Below, one piece after another: positions 27,466 through 38,098 of a DNA stretch of 64,000 bases; within the stretch, counting starts at the first letter, position 1, and every line of letters starts with the position of its first letter. The DNA is taken from contig JBHLMG010000010.1 in the NCBI GenBank assembly GCA_048938385.1, positions 1 through 64,000 of the forward strand. The letters are read 5' to 3'. Made by a program: the position numbers and the translations under genes. The notes beneath the pieces are model-generated. The model searched no databases, was not told the DNA's origin, and saw only the letters and a list, made by a program, of their open reading frames with translations. Source of the stretch: Promethearchaeota archaeon. GTDB taxonomy: Archaea; Asgardarchaeota; Hermodarchaeia; Hermodarchaeales; Hermodarchaeaceae.

Positions 27466-28878
27466 TTACGGGCGTTGGCACCACGCCGCGTACCGGGTCA
27501 TGGTGCCCATGGTCCTTGCAGCGCGTTCAGGCATAGGATAGACCGGAATTCCTGCGTTCTGAAGTTGTCGGATGCCTGAGTCGCTGTTATCTTGGGTCGA
27601 AGAGATGAGGACCGGTTTGTCGTACTGTTGCACAGTGTGAATGAGGCGTTGTGTTGCGTCGAGGAATTCTTGGCGCATCGATGTGACGAGGGGTTGGGGG
27701 ACATCGGGGCTGTGTTGGAACTGGTCCATGAGGTCGGGACCAAAGAAGCCGTGAATCAACAGGGAGTCGATGGTGGGTTGCTGTAAAAGGATATCAGCAC
27801 ATTGGGCGAAGAGGTTCATATTGATAGTGAAAGTACTATCCACGGGGTTACCAGTGACTGCTGTGGGTGGCAGAATGGTGCGGAGCTGTGCTTGCACTGC
27901 GTCTTCTAGTAAAGGAACCTCCAGACCTTCTTCTGCACACACATCAGTCAAGGAGACGCCTGGGCCACCTGAGTTGGTGAGGATCGCTACACGGTTCCCC
28001 CTAGGAAGAGGTTGATGCCCCAAGGCCATAGCCCAGTCGAAGAGATCTTCTAGACTTGTTCCTAGGTGTATACCAGCTTGTTTCATGGCTCCCTGAAACA
28101 CTTCATTACCTCCGACTAAGGCACCGGTATGAGATTTAGCCGCGCGTTGTCCAGCTTGAGTGCGTCCGACTTTCATCAACAGGATTGGTTTGTTCCAGGT
28201 GATCTCTTTGGCCGCTTGGAGAAATCGAGGACCGTCCCGAAAGCCTTCGATGTACAAGATGATAACGCGGGTTTCAGGGTCATCGACCAGGAGCTTGATG
28301 TAATCGGTGCAGGTGAGGAGGGCTTCGTTGCCGGTGCTGATGACGGTGCTGAGTCCTAAGCCCCAGCGTTCGATAGCGAGGAAGTTTTGAGCTGCAAAGG
28401 CTCCGCTCTGAGAGACGAAGGCAACAGGTCCTTGGCGCGGAAAATAGGGCATGGAAGTGAGGTTGAGTTTGAGCGCGGGGCGACTGATACCAACGCAGTT
28501 GGGTCCCATGAGGTTGAAGTTATGGCGTTTGGCAATAGCAGTAATCTCTGCTTCAGCGGCTTCTCCGTTAGGTCCGACTTCACGGTAGCCTGCGGTGATC
28601 AGGATGACATTCTTAATGCCGGCTTGGGCGCATTGGTCCAGAATCTCTGGAACCGCAATTTTTGGAACGATAATTGCAGCAAGGTCCGGGGTAGGGCAGT
28701 CTAAGACGCTAGCGTAGGCGGGGTAGCCATGAACGGTTTTGGCTTTAGGATTAATGGGATAGACTTGGCCTTGGTAACCACCCGCACGGACATTGAAGGT
28801 TATGAGGGAGCCCATTTTGGTGATGTTAGTGGAGGCTCCCACGATGGCGATGGATTTAGGATTGAGTAGGCGTTCCAT
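27466..28878 (-). CDS. acdA: Acetate/acyl-CoA ligase (ADP-forming), alpha subunit
   Basis: PKSIAIVGAS, MGPNCVG, SQSGA, AAKSHTGAL (phospho-His), TNSGGPG and GNPVD. Confidence 0.9.
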   Translation of the reverse strand: MERLLNPKSIAIVGASTNITKMGSLITFNVRAGGYQGQVYPINPKAKTVHGYPAYASVLDCPTPDLAAIIVPKIAVPEILDQCAQAGIKNVILITAGYREVGPNGEAAEAEITAIAKRHNFNLMGPNCVGISRPALKLNLTSMPYFPRQGPVAFVSQSGAFAAQNFLAIERWGLGLSTVISTGNEALLTCTDYIKLLVDDPETRVIILYIEGFRDGPRFLQAAKEITWNKPILLMKVGRTQAGQRAAKSHTGALVGGNEVFQGAMKQAGIHLGTSLEDLFDWAMALGHQPLPRGNRVAILTNSGGPGVSLTDVCAEEGLEVPLLEDAVQAQLRTILPPTAVTGNPVDSTFTINMNLFAQCADILLQQPTIDSLLIHGFFGPDLMDQFQHSPDVPQPLVTSMRQEFLDATQRLIHTVQQYDKPVLISSTQDNSDSGIRQLQNAGIPVYPMPERAARTMGTMTRYAAWCQRP

Positions 28879-29041
28879 GTAACGGGTCTCCTGTGACCCT
28901 TTCTGTTTTCACTTTCGATTGTAGTGCATTGAGGGAGGTGGATTCCCATAAGCCTTCTGGCTGGTATGCAAAATGGAAAATAATTAAGGGACCAACCACA
29001 AGTAGCAGTTCCAAGTTTTGGTTCTACAAGGAGGGTTCCAC

Positions 29042-30232
29042 ATGACCTCAGAAAAAGTTGAAATTACCAAAGGCGTCTACTGGGTGGGTGCCATTGATTG
29101 GATGCTCCGTGACTTCCACGGACTCTGGACACCTAAAGGTGGTACCTATAACGCGTACCTGATCTTGGATGAGAAAATCACGCTTATCGACACCGTTGCT
29201 CCGAATTTTACAAATGAACTCTTAGACCGAATTCGCACCATCGTAGATCCCGCGAAAATCGATTACATCATCTGCCAACATGTGGAACCAGACCATTCCA
29301 CGACCTATGCAGACATGATCAAGGTAGCACCAAAAGCGACAATTATCACTTCAAAACGGGGAGCAGAGTTCCTCAAACTAAACTACCCCGGTGTCGAGTT
29401 CCCCTTACAAATCGTCGAAGATGGCGAAACCCTGAGTCTAGGCAAACGGAACCTCAAGTTCGTGCAAATCCCCATGGTCCATTGGCCCGAAACGATGGTA
29501 AGCTACATGCCAGAAGACCAGCTGCTTTTCAGCAATGACGCCTTTGGCATGCAAATTGCGACCCCCTATCGTTTCGCTGATCAAGTTGATGATTGGTATG
29601 AACCACTACGCGCTTACTACAGCTATATCGTGCGGTGGAATGCCCGAGCCGTTCTGAACGCCTTTAAGAAATTCGAAGGAGTCCCAGTTAAGATTATTGC
29701 GCCCTCGCATGGACCGATTTGGCGAAAAGACATTGAGAAGATTATGGAGATCTATTACCGCTGGTCCAGTAGTCCCGAAACGGAGCATGCCATCGTCGTC
29801 TATTCTACCATTTGGCAGAGCACTAAACAAATGGCGTATGCGATTCGAGAAGGAATATCAAGCGTAGGCGTTGCTGCAGATCTCTATAACCTAGAAGACG
29901 AAGTCTTCAGTCGCGTTCAAGGCGCGGCGATGGAAGCAAAAGCCGTGGTTGTGGGAGCCATGACCTACAACATCGATCCCTACTATCCGACGGCAGCGTT
30001 CATGCCGTACCTAAAGCATTTACGCCCCGAGAATAAAATCGGTGCCGCCTTCGGATCCTATGGGTGGGGCGGTGGAGCCACGAAAGTCCTCACCGAGCAG
30101 TTGAAAGAGTACAAGTTTGGTGAAGTCTTAGAGCCATTGAATGTACAGTTCCGCCCGAATCAAGAAGACCTCCAACGGTGTTTCGAGTATGGACAAGAAA
30201 TCGGACGGAAGGTAAAGGCAGCCTTCAAGTAG
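29042..30232 (+). CDS. fprA: FprA-family flavodiiron protein
   Basis: GGTYNAYLI, HVEPDH, VHWPE, SNDAFG, PSHG and flavodoxin FGSYGWGG. Confidence 0.93.
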   Translation: MTSEKVEITKGVYWVGAIDWMLRDFHGLWTPKGGTYNAYLILDEKITLIDTVAPNFTNELLDRIRTIVDPAKIDYIICQHVEPDHSTTYADMIKVAPKATIITSKRGAEFLKLNYPGVEFPLQIVEDGETLSLGKRNLKFVQIPMVHWPETMVSYMPEDQLLFSNDAFGMQIATPYRFADQVDDWYEPLRAYYSYIVRWNARAVLNAFKKFEGVPVKIIAPSHGPIWRKDIEKIMEIYYRWSSSPETEHAIVVYSTIWQSTKQMAYAIREGISSVGVAADLYNLEDEVFSRVQGAAMEAKAVVVGAMTYNIDPYYPTAAFMPYLKHLRPENKIGAAFGSYGWGGGATKVLTEQLKEYKFGEVLEPLNVQFRPNQEDLQRCFEYGQEIGRKVKAAFK

Positions 30233-30311
30233 TGCCCTTAATAGTAGTCGTTTAAAATCAATGACCACCTATGAAACCGTTAAAAAGAAACTGTAAGTAG
30301 TGGGTTCGTTT

Positions 30312-30406
30312 GTTACCCCTGCTGCATGAGAAACTTGGGGCATCGCCAAAGCCTCGGAGTCGAGAAGCAAAAGATTCAAAAGCCCCGACACAGCGGATGC
30401 GGTAAC
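30312..30406 (+). promoter_or_regulatory. Putative structured 5' leader of the mevalonate operon
   Basis: Nested gttacc/ggtaac, ctgctg/cagcgg, ttggggc/gccccga and ctcg/cgag. TTAAAA box at 30280-30285. Confidence 0.5.
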
Positions 30407-30439
30407 ATTGCGACCCCCACCAGGAGGCACTGACACACC

Positions 30440-31489
30440 TTGCCAGAAGTAGGAATCTTAGGATACGGCGGATACATTCCCAAATACCGCATCAAAGTCG
30501 AGGAGATTGCCCGCGTTTGGGGCAAAGATGGCAAAGCCATTGCCAGCGGATTAAGCCTACAAGAAAAGAGCGTCCCTGGACTCGACGAAGACACCACAAC
30601 CATCTCGGTCGAAGCAGCCCGTAACGCTTTAAAGTGTGCACAAATCAACCCAAACCGCATCGGCGCAATTTATGTGGGGTCCGAATCCCATGTCTACGCA
30701 ACCAAGCCAACAGGAACCGTGGTTGCAGAAGCCATTAACGCGCCGCACAGCTTGCAGTGCGCTGATTTTTCGTTTGCGTGTAAAGCAGGAACGGCCGCCA
30801 TCCAGGTCTGTATTGGTCTTGTAAAATCCAAGGAAGTGGACATCGGACTCGCCATCGGATCAGACACCGCCCAATCCAAACCTGGTGACGCCCTTGAATA
30901 CGCTGCAGCCGCTGGCGGAGCCGCTTTTCTGATTGGTGCTGATGACGACATGGTTGCCAGCTTTGAAGGAACCTACTCGTATACCAGCGATACCCCCGAC
31001 TTTTGGCGACGGGAAGGAACCGACTTCCCCGAGCATGGCTCACGATTCACGGGAAAACCTGCCTACTTCAGGCATGTCCATCAGGCCGCGATGGGTCTCT
31101 TTGCGAAAATGGGCACCAAAGCAAATGATTACAACTGGGGGGTCTTCCATTCGCCGAATGGGAAATTCCCACGTCGTGCAGCGAAGGATTTAGGCTTCAA
31201 AGAAGACCAGATCAAACCCTCCCTTATCGTCGATTATGTGGGGAATACCTATGCAGGGAGTTCTCCTCTGGGACTTGCAGCAACCCTTGATATTGCAAAA
31301 CCTGGCCAGAAAATTTTGGTTGTGTCTTACGGATCTGGTGCAGGAAGCGATGCCTTCCATATCGAAGTCCACAAACCTATCGAAGAAAAACGAAAACGGA
31401 AACCCATGGTGGAAGACTACATCACAGACAAAGTCTATGTAGATTATGCACAGTATGCGAAGCACCGACGCACCATCAAAGTGGAGTAG
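30440..31489 (+). CDS. mvaS: Archaeal hydroxymethylglutaryl-CoA synthase
   Basis: DEDTTT, GSESH, FACKAGT (catalytic Cys), [15 protein letters not shown] and SYGSGAGSD. Confidence 0.95.
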   Translation: MPEVGILGYGGYIPKYRIKVEEIARVWGKDGKAIASGLSLQEKSVPGLDEDTTTISVEAARNALKCAQINPNRIGAIYVGSESHVYATKPTGTVVAEAINAPHSLQCADFSFACKAGTAAIQVCIGLVKSKEVDIGLAIGSDTAQSKPGDALEYAAAAGGAAFLIGADDDMVASFEGTYSYTSDTPDFWRREGTDFPEHGSRFTGKPAYFRHVHQAAMGLFAKMGTKANDYNWGVFHSPNGKFPRRAAKDLGFKEDQIKPSLIVDYVGNTYAGSSPLGLAATLDIAKPGQKILVVSYGSGAGSDAFHIEVHKPIEEKRKRKPMVEDYITDKVYVDYAQYAKHRRTIKVE

Positions 31490-31495
31490 AAGCAA

Positions 31496-32677
31496 ATGAC
31501 AGAAACAATTCCGATCAAGGATCGCGTCGCCATTATTGGTGTAGGTCAAACAGCATTTGGCGAACAATGGGACCGTAGTATTCGACGCATCACCTTAACC
31601 GCTGCCACCGCCTGTCTGGCAGACGCTGGTGTGGGTGGTGATGACATCGATGGCCTCTATGTTAGCAACACCTCAACAAGCTCGTTCATTCAACAAGAGC
31701 ATCAAGCGGCCATGGCAGCAGACTCTGGGGGTCTCCTTCCAGTGGCGTCCACGGAGGTTGAAGCGGCTTGCGCAAGTGGTGGCGTTGCCGTTCGCCATGC
31801 TTACATGGCCGTGAAATCCAAGGAACATGAAGTTGTAATGGTCATTGGTTGCGAAAAGATGAGCGACATCTCCGAAGCAGCCATCGCTGATACCCTCATG
31901 AGCGCAGCTGACCGTGAATGGGAGGGACAAGTAGGAGCCACATTCCCCGCACTCTTTGCATTGCTAGCTCAACGCCACATGTATAATTTTGGAACTACCG
32001 AAGAGCAGCTAGCTGCTCCAGCAGTTAAAGCTCATGCCAACGCGGTGGATAATCCTTACGCGCAATTCCGCTTCAAAATCACTCCTGAAGCTGTCATGCG
32101 AAGTCCTATTGTAGCTGACCCAATCCGGGTCTTACATTGTGCCCCCATCTCCGATGGCGCAGCAGCCCTTATTTTATGTCGCGGCGACTTGGTCGATAAA
32201 TTTGAAGGCGACCCCATTTGGGTGGATGCCTCCACCCAAGCATCAGACACTCTAGCCGTACACGACCGTCCCCATATCACACGATTCAACGCAGTTATAA
32301 GCGCCGCGAAAAAAGCCTTCACTAAACTTGACATGAAACCTAAAGAAGTCGATATCGCAGAAGTGCATGATTCTTTCAGTATTAGCGAAATCATATCAGT
32401 CGAAGACCTTGGCTTCGTGGAGAAAGGAAAAGGTGGAAAAGCTATTCAAGAGGGATTCTTCAACAAGGATGGTACAATTCCCGTCAATGTGAGTGGAGGA
32501 TTGAAAGCCAAAGGTCATCCCGTAGGTGCCACAGGAATAGCTCAAGTTGGAGAAATTGTTGAACAGTTACGCGGAACTGCTGGTAAACGCCAAGTAAAAG
32601 GCGTCAAGCGCGGTTTAACCCTCAACCTCGGAGGAACCGGCTCCACTGCCGTAGTCCATATTCTCAATCGTGAATAA
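31496..32677 (+). CDS. Archaeal acetyl-CoA acetyltransferase (thiolase)
   Basis: EAACASG, AEVHD and GHPVGATG motifs. Operon with HMG-CoA synthase. Confidence 0.95.
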   Translation: MTETIPIKDRVAIIGVGQTAFGEQWDRSIRRITLTAATACLADAGVGGDDIDGLYVSNTSTSSFIQQEHQAAMAADSGGLLPVASTEVEAACASGGVAVRHAYMAVKSKEHEVVMVIGCEKMSDISEAAIADTLMSAADREWEGQVGATFPALFALLAQRHMYNFGTTEEQLAAPAVKAHANAVDNPYAQFRFKITPEAVMRSPIVADPIRVLHCAPISDGAAALILCRGDLVDKFEGDPIWVDASTQASDTLAVHDRPHITRFNAVISAAKKAFTKLDMKPKEVDIAEVHDSFSISEIISVEDLGFVEKGKGGKAIQEGFFNKDGTIPVNVSGGLKAKGHPVGATGIAQVGEIVEQLRGTAGKRQVKGVKRGLTLNLGGTGSTAVVHILNRE

Positions 32678-32694
32678 AATGAAAGGTGAACTTG

Positions 32695-33291
32695 ATGTCT
32701 GATCAAAGCGTACCCATGCTATGGCGACGAATCAAACAGGTCTATAACCTTGTAGGTCGACGATGCCGTACTTGCGATACCAAATACTTTCCCCCTATCC
32801 CCTTGTGCCCGAAGTGTCGACGTAGAAGCGACCTCGTGGACCATCAATTTTCTGGGTTAGGCAAGGTTTATTCTTACACCATCGTGCACGATCCCCCTGC
32901 GGGCTTCAAGGATTTAGCACCTTATGTCTTAGCCCTTGTTCGTCTCGATGAAGGCCCTCTCGTCCTCTCACAGATAGTGGATATTGATCCCGATAACCTC
33001 AAAATTGGAATGAGCGTCCAAGTGGTGTTTCGTCGGCTAGGTGATGCAGGGCGTACTGGTGTTTTGCGTTATGCCTACAAGTTTCGACCACTCCCTGAAT
33101 ACGCTACTGGTTATGTTATTGCCACTATTGAAGGTGAAGAAGGCGTCGCGCATTTAGAGGTTCCCATGGAAGAACGCAAGCGCAGTTCAGTTCGGCGAGT
33201 GCTTCGAGAAGCAGCTGATAGGGCAAAAAAACGATTTCGTCGACAAAAGAATGAGACCGAAGCACCAGCTGATGAAGAAAGTAAAGAATGA
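32695..33291 (+). CDS. DUF35 Zn-ribbon/OB-fold scaffold of the thiolase-HMG-CoA synthase complex, with C-terminal extension
   Basis: CRTC..FPP..CPKC, GKVYSYT and YAYKFRP. AGGTGA RBS before ATG 32695. Confidence 0.9.
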   Translation: MSDQSVPMLWRRIKQVYNLVGRRCRTCDTKYFPPIPLCPKCRRRSDLVDHQFSGLGKVYSYTIVHDPPAGFKDLAPYVLALVRLDEGPLVLSQIVDIDPDNLKIGMSVQVVFRRLGDAGRTGVLRYAYKFRPLPEYATGYVIATIEGEEGVAHLEVPMEERKRSSVRRVLREAADRAKKRFRRQKNETEAPADEESKE

Positions 33292-33415
33292 TCCTTCGCC
33301 TTGGCTCATTGTTGGTTGACTCTGCAACCACGCGATTTATAAGAGCAAATGATATGGAAGGTCCCCTCAGCATAAAGCATCCAGCTTCATTTCGTGCCCT
33401 GCTTGGGGTTGTGTT

Positions 33416-35812
33416 ATGTCTCGTCGACAGCAACGCGTTTTCACTTGTAAGAACATGATAATCATCATGATTTCAGCCTTAATCTTAGGCATCATGTTTA
33501 GCGTCATGCCATGGATACAACCGAATGGCGGATTGTGGCAGGATATCCATTGGGCAAACCTTCCACCCTATTCCAGCCATACAATTCCAGGACTAGATGA
33601 TGAAGTTCGAATTATCCGGGATCAGTGGGGCGTTCCCCACATTTTTGGCAACAGCCTTAACGACACCTATTTCGCGTGCGGTTATACTCACGCACAAGAT
33701 CGCCTCTTCCAATTGGATCTCACCCGTCGAATAGCAAAAGGCCGTCTTTCAGAACTCTTTGGTCCTCTCTATGAAGATTTAGATGTGTATCACAAGCAAC
33801 TTAGTTTTAATCAAGCCGCCAGCGCCTCCGAAACTTTGCTGGATTCTACGGTGCTGGGTTTATTGCAGCGGTATGCGGATGGTATTAACACTTACATGAG
33901 TAGTATTGGCACCAAAGTGCCCGTGGAATTCCGGCTCATTGGCTACTTCCCTGCACCATGGACCGTTCTCGATACACTAACCATTGAACGCTACCTCGCT
34001 TGGCAGCTCTCCGAAAATAACGCCTTCAATGATCTCCAAATGGCCAGCCTTATTGACACTTATGGAGCTAACCTGGTGTTTCGTGACCTGTTTCCAGAAA
34101 CACATTACAATGATCAACCAACCGTTCCGTCACCCACGCCTGAAATTCTCGCAGCTGCGCGTACCCTTGCTGAAGAAGTACAACAGCTCCAGCGAACCAA
34201 TCCCTTTACCACGACATTGGCTCCGGGAAGTAACTGCTGGGTTGTAAATGGATCCCATACCACTACTGGATACCCCATCCTTGCAAGCGACCCCCACTTT
34301 GCTTTGAAACTTCCTTCTGTTTGGTATGAAATCCACCTGATTGCCCCGGGGCACAATGTGCAAGGCGTCACCTACCCTGGTATCCCCTTCATCTATCAAG
34401 GACATAACCCTGACATCGGGTGGGCATGGACCAGCATGCAATCGGATGTAACCGATTTTTACTACTACGCTTGGAATCCAAGTCAACCCGATCAATATTG
34501 GTGGCAGGGAGGGTGGCAAACCATCCAAACCCGGAGCACTACCATTGGCACGAAAACGGTTACCTTGAATTACACCGTCCATGGACCTCTGTTCACTGAG
34601 GCCACGGGTCGATTTGCCCTCAAATGGACCGGGTACAACGGGTCACAGACCCTTGTAGCCCTTTACTCATTAGCCCTAGTAACGGATCACACAGAATTCC
34701 TTTCAGCCATAAGCTTGATTGAGTGTCCCAACCTCAACTTCCTCTACGCCGATACTAGCGGAAATATCGCCTACCACGCTACCGGTGCCCATCCCATACG
34801 CGCGCCAGGTCTAGGACCAGCGCTGCACAACGGCTCGGCAGGAACAGACGAGTGGCAAGGCTTCATCCCTTTTACGAGCCTCCCCAACAGCTCAAACCCG
34901 ACCACCGGATATCTGATCAGTGCTAATAACAAGCCAGTCAATGCGAGTTATCCCTATTACCTAGGATACAACTTTGCCCCCGCTCACCGAGCCAACCGGA
35001 TTACTGAACTAGTAAATGTTACTGGTCTTCATTCACTCACGGATATGGGTCAGATTCAACAGGACGCCTTTTCATTGCATGCACTCGCAATTAAAGACAT
35101 CATTGCTACTGTAATCCTCGCACAGGTCTCAGCGTCTTCAAACCCTGTAGCACATGCAGCTGCAACAGCACTCCAAAGTTGGAATGGCGAGATGACTACT
35201 GACAGCGTAGCTGCCACAATTTGGGCGAGTTTTTCATTAAAGTTCCGTAACGAAACCTTCTACGATGAGTATGCACAAGCAGGAATCTCGGAAGGATTTT
35301 TACCTGGAGTGACAGTTTTGGAAAACTTTACACAAATAGATTATGGACTATGGTTTAACAATACCCTCCTTCCTGGAACTCAAACCCGCGATGACATCGT
35401 CCTTTCTAGTTTTTTGGCTACCGTTGATGAACTGACCACCAACCTCGGTGCTGATGTAAACGCCTGGCAATACTATCGCGTCCATGTACTCTGGATGCAG
35501 CATCCCCTCGCTGAAGCTCTTCCCTACATGAGTGCCCCCCTATATCCTATTGATGGGAGCTCGTATACTGTCAACTACGCCCCAGGATTTCTGGTAGATA
35601 ACGGCGCAGCTTACCGGATGCTGCTAGACTTCCAAGATTTTGATCACTCATTAGCCGTGATTGCGGGTGGACACCGGGCAAATGTGTACAGCACCCATTA
35701 CTTGAACCAATTAACCCTATGGGTTACTGGTGACTACCACCCTTTACCCTTCCCCACCATGATCTCCGAGCTGACTGATTATGCGTCAATCGTCCACTTA
35801 TTACCCGCGTGA
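33416..35812 (+). CDS. Penicillin acylase family (S45) Ntn-hydrolase, membrane-anchored or secreted
   Basis: IIRDQWGVPHI, HAQDRLFQL, GSNCWVV nucleophile site, ASDPH and SANNK. N-terminal hydrophobic segment. Confidence 0.92.
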   Translation: MSRRQQRVFTCKNMIIIMISALILGIMFSVMPWIQPNGGLWQDIHWANLPPYSSHTIPGLDDEVRIIRDQWGVPHIFGNSLNDTYFACGYTHAQDRLFQLDLTRRIAKGRLSELFGPLYEDLDVYHKQLSFNQAASASETLLDSTVLGLLQRYADGINTYMSSIGTKVPVEFRLIGYFPAPWTVLDTLTIERYLAWQLSENNAFNDLQMASLIDTYGANLVFRDLFPETHYNDQPTVPSPTPEILAAARTLAEEVQQLQRTNPFTTTLAPGSNCWVVNGSHTTTGYPILASDPHFALKLPSVWYEIHLIAPGHNVQGVTYPGIPFIYQGHNPDIGWAWTSMQSDVTDFYYYAWNPSQPDQYWWQGGWQTIQTRSTTIGTKTVTLNYTVHGPLFTEATGRFALKWTGYNGSQTLVALYSLALVTDHTEFLSAISLIECPNLNFLYADTSGNIAYHATGAHPIRAPGLGPALHNGSAGTDEWQGFIPFTSLPNSSNPTTGYLISANNKPVNASYPYYLGYNFAPAHRANRITELVNVTGLHSLTDMGQIQQDAFSLHALAIKDIIATVILAQVSASSNPVAHAAATALQSWNGEMTTDSVAATIWASFSLKFRNETFYDEYAQAGISEGFLPGVTVLENFTQIDYGLWFNNTLLPGTQTRDDIVLSSFLATVDELTTNLGADVNAWQYYRVHVLWMQHPLAEALPYMSAPLYPIDGSSYTVNYAPGFLVDNGAAYRMLLDFQDFDHSLAVIAGGHRANVYSTHYLNQLTLWVTGDYHPLPFPTMISELTDYASIVHLLPA

Positions 35813-35833
35813 ATACCTTCGAGGTGAAATACC

Positions 35834-36334
35834 ATGTCCATGAAAAATCCAATGGAGAATTTCCGTGCAATTTTGCGTCAAACCCACCATCCTATCATTG
35901 GATTTGTCGTTTGCTTCATCCTCGCCTTTTTCATCCAACTCACCGGATTTGGTATTGGCATCGTAATCGCGGGTATCATTACAGGGATTTTAGTCAAAAA
36001 TACCTATAAGGCAATCCTTGCCGCGTTTCTCGCGGGATTCGGTGTCTGGCTCTCTTTGTTTGGCATCATGCTTGCATTTAACACTCAAGCGTTCATCAAC
36101 GCCTGGATCGTTCTCTCGTTACAAATTCCCGCCCCACAACTTTTTGTAGCTCTTATTGGAGGCGTTGTCACCGGTGTGGGAGCACAACTTGGCACCATGT
36201 TTGCCGAGATTGCGTACCGTCCCCCAGACGATTTGGGACTCCCACCTGCAGCGACAGAACGCGTACCGACTAAAGAACTTCCTCGACGCAAGCGCGTAAA
36301 ACGCAAACGAGTGAAGAAGAAGCGAAAATCCTAA
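35834..36334 (+). CDS. Hypothetical multi-pass membrane protein with polybasic tail
   Basis: About four TM helices, GAGGTGA RBS, tail RRKRVKRKRVKKKRKS. Confidence 0.78.
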   Translation: MSMKNPMENFRAILRQTHHPIIGFVVCFILAFFIQLTGFGIGIVIAGIITGILVKNTYKAILAAFLAGFGVWLSLFGIMLAFNTQAFINAWIVLSLQIPAPQLFVALIGGVVTGVGAQLGTMFAEIAYRPPDDLGLPPAATERVPTKELPRRKRVKRKRVKKKRKS

Positions 36335-36415
36335 GACTTCTACACGCTTTACCCACTGTGCAGTATTAGGAAGATACTAATAGGAAAATCGTGGTGACCT
36401 TCGCAGGTTTCTAAC

Positions 36416-37042
36416 ATGACCCCTGCGAACACCAGCACCCCATCCACCAGGGACTCATATGAGAAGGTCCAGGAACTCACACAACTTCTAACCAGCCCAC
36501 ATCAGGACATTCGGCGCCAAGCCATCAAAAGTTTGGGTCAGTTGGGATCGGAAGCCATGAGTGCCCTTCCACTGTTGCGTGACGCGTTACAGGATTCCAA
36601 CTTCGTAATTCGTTTGGAAGCGGCTATTGCTGTCGGTTTCATTGGCTCCAAAAAGGATACAGAATTTTTGGTTCCCCTGTTAGATGACGAAAATGAAGCG
36701 GTCCGGTTTCAGGCCATTAGCGCTATAGCTTTTCTGTGTGATTCAAAAGTAGCACCTGAACTAATTAAGCGGTATGAGGCGGAAACACCGCACATCCGGG
36801 ACCAAATTCTTCGAGCCTTGGGACATCTCAGGGGAAAGGAAGCCTATGCGTTGTTGAAACGGGAATTAAAGGCAGACGATCCCACAGTGCGCACTGGAGC
36901 TGTTGTAGGATTGAGTTTCTATGGAGATGTGAAGGTTTGTTCTCTGCTGCAGGAAATAGCTGAAAACGACCCAGATGACCTCGTTGCACATGAAGCCCGG
37001 ATAGCCGTGCTTCAACTCCAGTATGGACGTAAACTGGATTAA
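36416..37042 (+). CDS. HEAT-repeat (PBS lyase-like) protein
   Basis: Repeated L.D....VR..A..ALG units. Confidence 0.88.
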   Translation: MTPANTSTPSTRDSYEKVQELTQLLTSPHQDIRRQAIKSLGQLGSEAMSALPLLRDALQDSNFVIRLEAAIAVGFIGSKKDTEFLVPLLDDENEAVRFQAISAIAFLCDSKVAPELIKRYEAETPHIRDQILRALGHLRGKEAYALLKRELKADDPTVRTGAVVGLSFYGDVKVCSLLQEIAENDPDDLVAHEARIAVLQLQYGRKLD

Positions 37043-37058
37043 TTCGTGTTGTTTTGTT

Positions 37059-37096
37059 AAAAAAGAAAAAGATGGGAAGCACCCGAAGGTACTTCC
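37059..37096 (-). terminator. UUCG-loop hairpin plus U-tract terminator
   Basis: Minus strand ggaagtacc-ttcg-ggtgcttcc, then catctttttctttttt. Confidence 0.68.
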
Positions 37097-37111
37097 TTGA
37101 AACGAGCTACA

Positions 37112-37729
37112 TTAGATGGGAAGGAAAGAAAGAATTCCTCCAGGGAAGAAGATAATGAGCGCGGCTTGTACAATTCCTAGAATTGCAAGGACGAGGGTTA
37201 CGGGTTTTGATGCGAGGATGTAAGCAAAGGTTTTGATGAGGTCTTCTATCCATTTCAGGGATAAGAAAATGAAGAGCCCAACAACGAGGAAAAATCCAAT
37301 GACTACCCACCGGAAATCAAAGGGAATTAGAGCCACAATCCAGGGGGGCGTGAAGAAGGCTATCACAGCAGCAATAACTATAGCGATGATAAACGCGACT
37401 AATGCTGCCCAGGGTATTTTCGCCACCGGCGCAATCAATAAGACGAAGCCAATAATGCCTAGAAGTACTAAAGTCAAGGTATCAGTATAAGGGCTTGGCA
37501 CCAAGCCACTTACTGAGGCAATGAGCGTAGCGAAACAGACAATTCCAACAGCCATTCCAAGAAATTGGAGGAATTTAACAATAGCCTGGAAAAAGTCTGT
37601 GATATCAAGTCCCTTTTTTTCCCGCGCCCGTAAAATTGCATCAAGAATCCACGATCCTGTGATGAATGCGGCAAATCCGAGGATGCTTGGAGTCAGAATT
37701 ACGAGGTATTGTACGATTATGTCTATCAC
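37112..37729 (-). CDS. Hypothetical multi-pass membrane protein
   Basis: About six hydrophobic helices, AGGTGG RBS, terminator downstream. Confidence 0.8.
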   Translation of the reverse strand: MIDIIVQYLVILTPSILGFAAFITGSWILDAILRAREKKGLDITDFFQAIVKFLQFLGMAVGIVCFATLIASVSGLVPSPYTDTLTLVLLGIIGFVLLIAPVAKIPWAALVAFIIAIVIAAVIAFFTPPWIVALIPFDFRWVVIGFFLVVGLFIFLSLKWIEDLIKTFAYILASKPVTLVLAILGIVQAALIIFFPGGILSFLPI

Positions 37730-37855
37730 GACGCAACCACCTGTGTTATCCTGTGGTTTTTCGGGAAAAAAGCCTTATGTCAACTTACGCGGTAGGGTTG
37801 TAGGTTAACGGAAAAATAATGGGGGCGGAGGATCTTGCCTCGCCAAATTCCCCTC

Positions 37856-38098
37856 TTATGCGGCTTGACTATCGAGGAGTTGCTTCCCCTTATCGGTTAA
37901 GTCAAACCAGACATGGTAGACACCACGTCGTTCATTAATGAGGCCGACCTGGGTCAGACGCTTTAGATGATAAGCAGCAGTCGATGTAGGAATGTTGAGA
38001 TCTTTGGCAATTTCTCGAAGGAACGCTTTGTCCTTGGAGAGCTTGAACAAGATCCGCCTCCGGGTGCTGTGTTGTAGAGCTTCTGTTTTGGATAGCAT
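37856..38098 (-). CDS. Small ArsR-family wHTH transcription regulator
   Basis: LQHSTRRRIL..EIAKDL..STAAYHLKRL...GLI..LTDKG. Confidence 0.85.
   Translation of the reverse strand: MLSKTEALQHSTRRRILFKLSKDKAFLREIAKDLNIPTSTAAYHLKRLTQVGLINERRGVYHVWFDLTDKGKQLLDSQAA

Noticed and set aside
31487-31498. HMG-CoA synthase-TAG-AAG-CAA-ATG thiolase in frame, suggesting a readthrough fusion
   Set aside because: In-frame spacing has a one-in-three chance, the thiolase has its own GGAG RBS, and these enzymes are normally separate chains.
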